Part shown: positions 57,001-64,000 of the stretch, one piece after another
How the letters are laid out: each line of letters opens with the position of its first letter
Numbering within the stretch: the stretch's first letter is position 1
DNA from: Diadema antillarum
Lineage: Eukaryota
DNA: 64,000 nt
Direction of reading: 5' to 3'
Assembly: GCF_040938485.1 (NCBI RefSeq)
Contig: NW_027270981.1
Span: forward strand, 1,054,001 to 1,118,000
The notes under the pieces: model-generated
The model's database searches: none
Told to the model about the DNA's origin: nothing
What the model saw: the letters and a program-made list of their open reading frames with translations, nothing else
Position numbers and translations under genes: made by a program

Positions 57001-57431
57001 CGCAAGTTTGCAACCCAACAAATATGGTGATAGAAAGGAACAAAGCAGGATGAAATTCAAAGAGGAAATATCAGGTGCTGTATCATGTGATGGTCACTCT
57101 GTATAAACCAAGGCAACATTCTTTGTATTTTCTAATAACTTGTAGCAACAACAGTGATATTGCACGTTTAGTACAGCTGTTCTTGCACATACAAGTCTAT
57201 TCCCCGCATCCTCTTGTTCTTAGTATAACAAGAAGGTGGACATAAGGCTTACGTCTAGTTACTCTTGTCCTTTCAAGGTTGCGCCATGAGAAGTTAAAGG
57301 CAATGCCCAAGGAAAGAGCTGTCACCAGTGCCTACCAGACGCTGAAGTGCTTCGAACTGGAGGACACGCCCCCTCCGCAGCCCCCATCCAGAAACAAGGA
57401 CAAGGTCTCGGACCCATTTGCACTTTCCTAG
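37878..57431 (+). CDS. WD40-repeat protein of the WDR95/WDR49(CFAP337)/WDY-like family, 3' part (15 exons, ~606 aa; 5' exons not in window)
   Basis: 15 GT-AG exons with compatible phases; summed length 1822 nt = 1 nt + 607 codons ending TAG. WD motifs include GHNAPIF..ISQDKTVKVWD, LITGSRDGKLKIWNYNNGHCL, GHKEDILSV..SSYDGEIIVWN and GHIQSITSM..SSLDCTVRVW. Family recognised from memory; closest recalled match is WDR95, but the symbol is not certain. Confidence 0.9.
41850..42130. repeat. Compound (TCTA)n/(TCCA)n microsatellite abutting the exon b acceptor
   Basis: Directly visible; explains three overlapping low-complexity ORFs at 41775-42297. Confidence 0.95.
42142..42293 (+). CDS. WD40 gene exon b (VWDTKDQVCMLTIRPK...VLTHRVK)
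   Basis: ctccag acceptor, AA/gtgagc donor; completes the WD repeat begun in exon a. Confidence 0.9.
43975..44457. mobile_element. TTAA-target (Kolobok-like) MITE, same family as 329-651, nested
   Basis: TTAA|aggtcct ... gcct|TTAA; internal sequence alignable with 329-651. Confidence 0.75.
44061..44196. mobile_element. CTG-TSD MITE (same family as 1432-1605), nested
   Basis: CTG|ggggcatttcatgaagc ... gcttcatgaaatgccccc|CTG; empty host site gcaggtCTGttgtatc at ~400. Confidence 0.9.
44878..45430. mobile_element. Foldback MITE with long imperfect terminal inverted repeats (TTAAAGG start)
   Basis: ~44905-45035 is inverted-repeated at ~45281-45415; right boundary uncertain; a partial copy lies at ~56590-56880. 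Confidence 0.65.
46376..46478 (+). CDS. WD40 gene exon c (SHELREIPITHRTPILCAKYNSEFKNVVTTSDAS)
   Basis: ttttcttag acceptor, TCG/gtaagt donor; phase matches. Confidence 0.88.
47097..47283 (+). CDS. WD40 gene exon d (VVKLWDFETGHLV...GSRDGKLKIWNYNNGHCLKKLEK)
   Basis: gccag acceptor, G/gtacag donor; textbook WD repeat. Confidence 0.93.
47935..48095 (+). CDS. WD40 gene exon e (AEGSDEVTDVVYIEMNKNRYVISVGWDRCINVY...WPDDE)
   Basis: GAG/gtaag donor is clear; acceptor is ambiguous between 47935 and 47941 (both in frame). Confidence 0.85.
48125..48301. mobile_element. Tc1/mariner (Tigger-like) MITE
   Basis: ctgaatacgtcatatatttagcg ... cgccaaatattcggcgtatacag|TA. Confidence 0.7.
49517..49682 (+). CDS. 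WD40 gene exon f (QKNGHKEDILSVAACPPSLLATSSYDGEIIVWNLVSG...EEKGA)
   Basis: GAGCAG tandem acceptor (49517 or 49520), G/gtaagt donor. Confidence 0.9.
50259..50351 (+). CDS. WD40 gene exon g (VDGDNSISRVIFIPSRRTNKEAAQLIASGPR)
   Basis: tttgtcag acceptor, G/gtcagt donor; phase 1-1. Confidence 0.87.
50611..50669 (+). CDS. WD40 gene exon h (GCVHFWNVYNNGQLYGKFTC)
   Basis: ttccag acceptor, TGC/gtaagt donor. Confidence 0.87.
51899..51977 (+). CDS. WD40 gene exon i (VKKPGTSINCLQLSTDDLTLFVGDSM)
   Basis: attcag acceptor, G/gtaaga donor. Confidence 0.87.
52666..53164 (+). mobile_element. Helentron-associated HINE-like element, ~500 bp
   Basis: 5' acctccgccaa, (GTTA)n, 3' ttggcggaggt plus a short hairpin and ttttctagtt; same architecture as 19449-20759. 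Confidence 0.8.
53194..53265 (+). CDS. WD40 gene exon j (GFISVWDIDHYCLQRPDNIEEPPE)
   Basis: ttgcag acceptor, A/gtgagc donor. Confidence 0.87.
53938..53977 (+). CDS. WD40 gene exon k (MMGSWRGHIQSITS)
   Basis: tttgcag acceptor, AG/gtttga donor; 40 nt, supplies the WD GH dipeptide. Confidence 0.83.
54638..54726 (+). CDS. WD40 gene exon l (MSLVEEHSILITSSLDCTVRVWTTEGHYV)
   Basis: tttgtag acceptor, G/gtaaga donor. Confidence 0.9.
55277..55530 (+). CDS. WD40 gene exon m (GTFGQDDPWDVFNP...EEKEEEKK)
   Basis: ttccag acceptor, AAG/gtaaga donor; GC-rich coding-like composition, acidic linker. Confidence 0.9.
56399..56505 (+). CDS. WD40 gene exon n (SDSMTYVSSQEKFVYNDDMIAAELREKPFNRGTGKR)
   Basis: ctctccag acceptor, AG/gtaaga donor; phase 0-2. 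Confidence 0.85.
56590..56880. mobile_element. Partial copy of the 44878 foldback MITE family
   Basis: Shares ttcaaaagttatga..gtatctg..cagtc..gctggatgaaaagactac. Confidence 0.6.
57278..57431 (+). CDS. WD40 gene last coding exon (RLRHEKLKAMPK...DPFALS*)
   Basis: ctttcaag acceptor, in-frame TAG at 57429-57431. Confidence 0.87.
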
Positions 57432-58291
57432 TGTGTGTGCATATGTGCGTGTCAGTGCCCTGCCCTAAGAGTAGGGAGTCGGACTTGGCCGCGATGCCGG
57501 AATTTTGCAGAAACAGGGTGAATGTTCAGACAGGGATACCTCTATGTTGCTTGAACTCATGACATATTGAAGTGGCGGTTAAGAAGTTGTAAAGTAGTAA
57601 TCATGCTGCTATCAAAGGCAAGAGACATTATGCCAGCTGGAAAGAGTTGTGATGAGTTAGAAAGAGATGAACTCTGTCAAGTTGATGATCAATCTGTAGT
57701 GATATCTTGGCTGTGTGTGAAAGCGGTAGCCTTGGTTGCATGGTCAAACATTACTTGTTTGTTGCACTTGTGCACCAAGACCCCAACGTGTGTCCTTACT
57801 ATAGGGATATTTAGATATGTGCTGTTATTACCTGGGCTAGAAATAATGACCTATGAACTTTCCTTTCACTATAAATCAAATGCACCTCCTTGACATATTG
57901 TTTTAGTGACAAAAAAAAAAAGCTGTTGATGCAGTACAGACTGCAAAGTGTCATAAGCCTGTTAACAGGATGGTGTGTTTTAAGCAAAATTGTATTCAGT
58001 GACTTAATCTTGCAGAGAATCAATTCAGAGCAATTCCAGACTGATGCTCTAATATGATCGTTCTCATGACGATGACGTGCATAATCTAGCCCAGTAAGTA
58101 AGGTTTACAATCCGAGCCATGTGTTCTGTACCGTCCATTTATTATTTATGACCTTCACGATTTCTGTGGCCTCTGACAAAAGTATATTGTTTTAGGAATT
58201 CATATGCTGAAGTACTAGAAATCTAGTTGTTTGTTGTGATGAGGCTTTCTGGTCAGTAGCCGATGTATTCATTAATATGCAGACAAAACTA

Positions 58292-59011
58292 AATTGTGAC
58301 CCTGCACCACAAAACAAACAAAAAGTCGCCAGACATGGATTTTTAGTTAAGAGCATATTGTGAAAGAGCAGACTTCAAGCTTTAAAATGATGTATAACTC
58401 AAATCAAATGGACTCTCCTAACCTATCTAAACATTGGAAAGAAAGCACACACTCCAGAAAAGTGTGAACTGAGAAAAGAAGCTCTGAAGCACAGGGTCTA
58501 TTCAAGCGTTTAATCTTCACCAAGCTTTGCTACCTGTGCAGTGAATGAGACCAAAAAAAACCCCCCAAAACAACAGACAGGTTTGAAACCACCGGTTTAA
58601 CCACAATGAAGGGATTATCAGATTAAGCTGAAATTGGGCATGTTCTATTAGCACATTCTGTACATAACAAATGCCAACTTTCAAAGCAGTAGTATCATCC
58701 TTCCTAAAGTTATTAGAGTTGAAAGTGAAGAGTATGTACAGGGGTTTTTAAAGAAATTAAAGGGGGACTCTAAAGACACACCTAATCACACTATTCTAAA
58801 AAAAGTGTTCAAGATTAACTGCTAAAAAAAAAACACTTTCCTGGTCATCTTATGATCCCAAAATTTAGCATAATGTAGAAGAAGACTTGCTCTTTCAGAA
58901 AATATATCAAAGTCAAGATTGACCAAATTGACCCTTTTCACCTATTTTTAGTCCTCGCACAAATTCAGTGCGTGCGACTTTTTGTTCGTTTTGTGGTGCA
59001 CGGTCACAATT
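58292..59011. mobile_element. Non-autonomous TIR element, ~720 bp, downstream of the WD40 stop
   Basis: ~40-bp TIRs aattgtgaccctgcaccacaaaacaaacaaaaagtcgc / gcgactttttgttcgttttgtggtgcacggtcacaatt. Confidence 0.85.
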
Positions 59012-59187
59012 GAAGAGGCCCACTGATAAATGTGCACAAACCAACCATGATGTGCAGACTGAAAATGAAGCCCTATAAGAGAGATAAATTTCTCATGTTC
59101 TTGAAAGCAGTAGCTCATATATCTTCTGTTTATTGTTTTAAAGGATGAAAAATGCTTTAAGTACATTCCTTCCTGTAAACTTGATAT

Positions 59188-59197
59188 AATAAATAAA
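59188..59197 (+). promoter_or_regulatory. Candidate polyadenylation signals for the WD40 gene
   Basis: Overlapping AATAAA pair ~1.76 kb after the stop; AT-rich context makes chance occurrence plausible. Confidence 0.3.
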
Positions 59198-62100
59198 GAG
59201 AGTTGCCTTTGGGCCAGATTGTAAGGTATTTAAACATATATATATTCAGCAAATATGTAGACAAAGTTGATTTTTTTGTTTTGTTGCAAATACATATGCC
59301 AATGGGCATTAAAACTATAGTTCTGTATTAGATAAACATGTTTTATAACAAGTTCCAGTGATAGATGTTTGAATGCAAGCACAACATAGAAATACTTGTA
59401 TTCAAAATTGTTTCTCATGAGATGTAAATTTATACATTTACCTGGAGATTCAAATGCTTTTTGTAATTTTCATTTTTGTCTACGCTTTGTTCTTTAGCAC
59501 AAATATGTCCTATAGAAAATTACCTTGTACTTTAAACTGGGCAGTACTTAATAATTGCACCATCTTGTGTGTGTAAAAATCTACATCTTGACAATCATCT
59601 GTTCCGAGTCATAAATAATTAGATGTGCATTACAAATGAAACAAATACAAGTTTTCAAAATAAGGTCATCAGAAATGTAGCTGACTGTTTGTGCACATAG
59701 ATTAGAAACCATGAAAACAGCATTGAGTAGATATTCATTCTAGTGATGGGCAGTCTTGTGTGGACTTCCCCAGCTTGCTTGTCACATGATGTTCTTTACA
59801 TAATGTATCTGACGGAACTGGTATCACCTGAGCATCATATCATCTTCCACATTTCTTGCAGTCAGATGTATGCGTGTCTTTCAATCCTTTATTTGGAATC
59901 ATCACAAGCATCCACAAGTGCCATCCATTTTCTGGAATATTTTGATTGAGAAGAATAACTACCTTTTCAAAGCTTTGTGACTTGAAATTAAATTGGTTTT
60001 GTCTTAAATGGAAGAATTAACTGATAATCCATGCTTCCAGTAAATATGCATATGATATACATGTATGTGTGTATATTTCTTCTTTGTGTTTTTCCAAACA
60101 GCCTTTCATGGTACTGATTTGTCTTGTATTGATAATATTCAATATCAGTGACCTATGCATTTAGCATCAGAACCTTGTGCAGCGTAAATTGACTGCTTTA
60201 GTGAAGTATTTCTTTTATATATAATCTATTTTGTGCTCTTGATTAATGAAATAGAAAAGAAAAAAAAAATGTTTTTTTTTTCCCCTATACATTTGTGTTT
60301 CCCCTTGTATATGCTGTCATTCATTTCAGACTGATTTTCAGTAATCAACCAAATTTAGAAAACAATTGGAGGTTGATCCCTATCTCTTCATTCCTAAAGT
60401 AGAGTGTTAGAAAAGAGAAGCAAAATTCTTTAATTCTTTAAATACATTGATGTTTGAAAATATGTCATATTCACCTTCATCCTCTGTGTGATATTTATAG
60501 AGCATATCAGTTTTCTGGTTTTTCCAAATCTTGAATGAATGACTTTTAAAAGAATTGAAATTTTGATGTGATGTTAAAGGGAGAGTATTTCTGGAGACTG
60601 AGGTTTACCTGTTTCCATTTGGCTACTCAATGCTGTAAAAATAAAAGAGAGAAGACTCTAGGAATATGCAGGAGTTTTAATCCCTCCCCCCCCCCCCCCC
60701 TCCCCCCTTGGACTGGCTGAAAAGATATAAGTTAGAATTTACCAGCAAAATAGATTTTTTTTAAAAGTTTTCACAAATTGCTTTCATTTTGTATTCCAGT
60801 GTGATTGTGATCTCCATTAGCCAGTATTCAATGTTGGCCTTGATTTAGTAACAATGGAATTCAATCACTATATGTTTGATAGCAGTGTTTGAGCTGATTA
60901 GGAAATTTTGTGTATTCCATATTTCTGATATGAATGTAGAACGTAGTAGAAGTGGGTTTTTTTTCTTTTCCATTTGTTTATTTCAGACATATGGGTGGAA
61001 TTATTGCTGAGCTCGTCTTGTTTGATTTTTTCCCCTTATACATGGTTAATTCTTCTTTAAAGTAAGCATTTTAAAAAAAAATACTAAGTAGACCTTTATG
61101 CTGTCTTTTTTTGGCAAAGAAGAGAACAGCTGATTAGAGGCTCAAATTCACGCATGTAGTTTGAATCTGGTCCATAGATTAGGTACAGTATGCAAATTGT
61201 GACTGCATACATGCACATGACAGGTATGGCATATGCCCCCAAAAATCCAACAATGAAGGCGCACTGACACGCACATGTATGGGGTATGGCTATTTTGTGT
61301 CTGTTTTAGTCCATGGACTAAAAATCAACCATGGATTTGATTGAAATGACCTGCGTAATTTCAGGTCATATTGTTACTATTTAGATATCTATTGAAGTCT
61401 CTTCATGTGTGTAGTGAAATGATTTACGAGAATTGATTTACGATGGTATCATTGTTTCCAACGTCTAGGCAGTTGGTAGGAACACCATTCCATGTTTTAT
61501 TGAAATACACTTTTCAGGCTGTGTATGAGCATGTAGTTACGGAGTTGGCTGTAAATCATGGTGTGTAGGCTATCAAGCTTTAATTTTGTATCACTGTGCT
61601 CTGATTATGACAAGTTCTATGCATAAGATATTTGATCGGGACTGTGTAATACTTGATTGACTATGTGAAGTGCTTTTAAAGGGTGGCGTTTGTATCAGCG
61701 ATGCAAAAAAATCTTGAATATGCACAATACTCTGTCAATGATGATGAGTTGTATATATTTGTACGGTGTTTGTAAATGTTTCTTCCTTTGGGATACACGA
61801 GCTGTTTTGTCTCTGGCAGTCCCGTTTCCCTTCAAACGGTAGTTTCAAGTGCCTTTGCTGGAAATAAAATCTTCTATTTCAAAAACATGACAGTGTTTTT
61901 AAATTGGTTTGTTGAATGTGTGCTCTTAGTTCAGTGAAAGTGCAATTCCATGTGATAATGAAAGTAACTGACTTCAATAAGTGTAGAGTAGAACCAGATG
62001 AACAGAATGTACAAGTATCATTATAATCACATGTAATACAGAAAGTTATGAATTTTGAAGTTTCAAAAGCCTTCTGTGGAACAATGATTTTGGTGCTGTA

Positions 62101-64000
62101 TACTGCAAAAGCAGAATTCAGTTGTTTGTGTAAATTTTTATTTTTTTGAATTTCGCAGGAGCCAAGTTTTGTGAAATTAAAATGCACATTAAAGATTTTG
62201 TCTACACTATATGCATAGAATGCTACTGGCAATTTGAGAAAATTTGATGCGGTGAACATATATTGCTTCATAGTAGATAGAAAGAAAATAGATAGGTAGA
62301 TAGAAGATAGATAGATAAAGAGAGATATAGGGTTTTGAATAGAGTGTACACAATATGTGATTGTTATCCCCAGCTCGATAACTGGAGAGAGCCTTTGATT
62401 GTGAAAAATTAGTGGGAATTCCACTCAAAGTTAAGTTGACTTTGATGAGAAGAAAACTGTCAAACAGATAGTTTTCACCTGTTTCAAGGAAACACAAAAT
62501 CAATCATGATCACAAATGCAAAGAAATGGGGTAATGATGTCACCACCTCAACCATCTTAAATTATTTGTTCATAAAATGATGTAATTAGATAGTGACAGG
62601 TTTAACAGCAACTAAATCGCTCCCTTAAAAATCACTATCTGAAAAAAACAAAGACAACAGTTGAAATACACACTTGTAGCGCTTCTGAGATTCTGAAAGA
62701 ATGACATTAGTGTTGCAAACAAACTTTTTTTTGACATGCTTAATTTCACTGCTGAGATTAAAAAAGTGGCAAAATGGAAGAAACAAATATGGAAGCCAAT
62801 CTAAACAGCTGTATATAAAGGTCTATAAGAAACTTTATTCTCTGCAGAATACCATGTGTAATTGAAAAATTGTTGGAAACAACAGTCTGTAAGTAAATCT
62901 TGTATGTTTTCTGTCAGCTCATGAAAAGCTTCCAGGGAATATGATTTCTTATCTTCAAATGAAAATTCCCAGAGAAGATTAACAGCTAGTGTAAATTTCT
63001 TTCTAATCAAGAGCATAATTAGGCCTACCAATCAAAAAAGTACAAATACTGTATGTTAGTGTAGTGTAGCTATCCATTTGATATATTTTTTCATTACTCT
63101 TCCATGACCAAACAAGTAGGCCTAGGCCTACACTTATGGATTTCAAGTACAAGTTGATTCATCTGTCTTCAAATTTACTATCTTGCTAGAAAACTGTGTA
63201 AAACAAAGGACTGATACTGTGAAGGAAGATATTTTTGTGAATTGGAGCTGGCAGCGTTTTTCACAACATGATTTTTTTTTTTTTGCGAATTGCCACTGGC
63301 ATTCAACGCATTTAGTGTAGACAATAACTTTTGTGTAGGCCCCTACATCTTAATTTTGGGAATCCTGGCTCCAGCAAAATATCCAAAATTAATGCAAGCG
63401 AACATTTCTGGTTTTGCAGTATTAAAGTTCCTTGATCGAAGTCATGAACCACATCAATATATAACTCCATATTATCACTCCCCAGAAAAATCATAAAACA
63501 TTGAGCAAGAAGAACTGCCACATATGGTATCCATAACAATGGGTAGCAGATCCAGACGTATTGCGGGGTCGGTACCTTGTACATGTACCTGGTACTTCTT
63601 TTTTCTTTTTTGGTTTATCTATCTAGATGCTTTAGGAAATTTGTTACTATGGCTCCTGCAACAATTGCTCCTTTCTTATTTTCTCCAAGGATCATTAGGG
63701 TCAGGGTTACAGGGTTGTGATAAGGCTTGAGGTTTAGTTTGATGCAAGGATTAGGATTAGGGTTAGGGTTAGGGTTGTGAGTGTGGATATGTATACCTGC
63801 TCGAAAAAAAAATCACAAAAATATTATGAAGATATTTAAAAAATCACCCAAAAATATATTTTTAAGATATTTTTGTATTTAAGAATATACTGAAAATATA
63901 AGAAAAATACCTTAAAAATATATTTTTGAAAATATGTTTTTTCATACATTTTTGGAACACCGAATACTGTATGTTAAAAATATATTTTTTGAATTTTTTT

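Noticed and set aside
63116-63131. 16-bp perfect palindrome gtaggcctaggcctac
   Set aside because: Isolated low-complexity TAGGCC motif with no associated structure.
63690-63780. TTAGGG-like repeats (three perfect units at 63757-63774)
   Set aside because: Too short for a telomere or interstitial telomeric array; such runs are common inside marine invertebrate repeats.

Overview
AT-rich eukaryotic genomic DNA, most likely from a sea urchin (inferred from the TLR TIR-domain style and the MITE families). The left 37 kb is a tandem array of four intact, intronless, minus-strand Toll-like receptor genes, here called TLR-A (3525-6320), TLR-B (13272-16049), TLR-C (22210-24984) and TLR-D (31294-34071). 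B, C and D sit in ~9 kb segmental duplication units. They share an almost identical LRR-CT/TM/TIR half but have patchwork LRR ectodomains, and TLR-D is a clear B/C mosaic. TLR-A is a divergent paralog bracketed by ~3 kb direct repeats. The right half holds the last 15 coding exons (37878-57431, + strand, ~606 aa, one continuous frame) of a WD40-repeat gene of the WDR95/WDR49/WDY-like family. Its first visible exon is an internal phase-2 exon and I found no upstream exon in the window, so the TLR array is probably nested antisense in one intron of >37.8 kb. About 20 non-autonomous DNA transposons (MITEs, Helentron-type HINEs) are present, and many have an empty-site paralog inside the window. 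All alignments and counts were done by eye.
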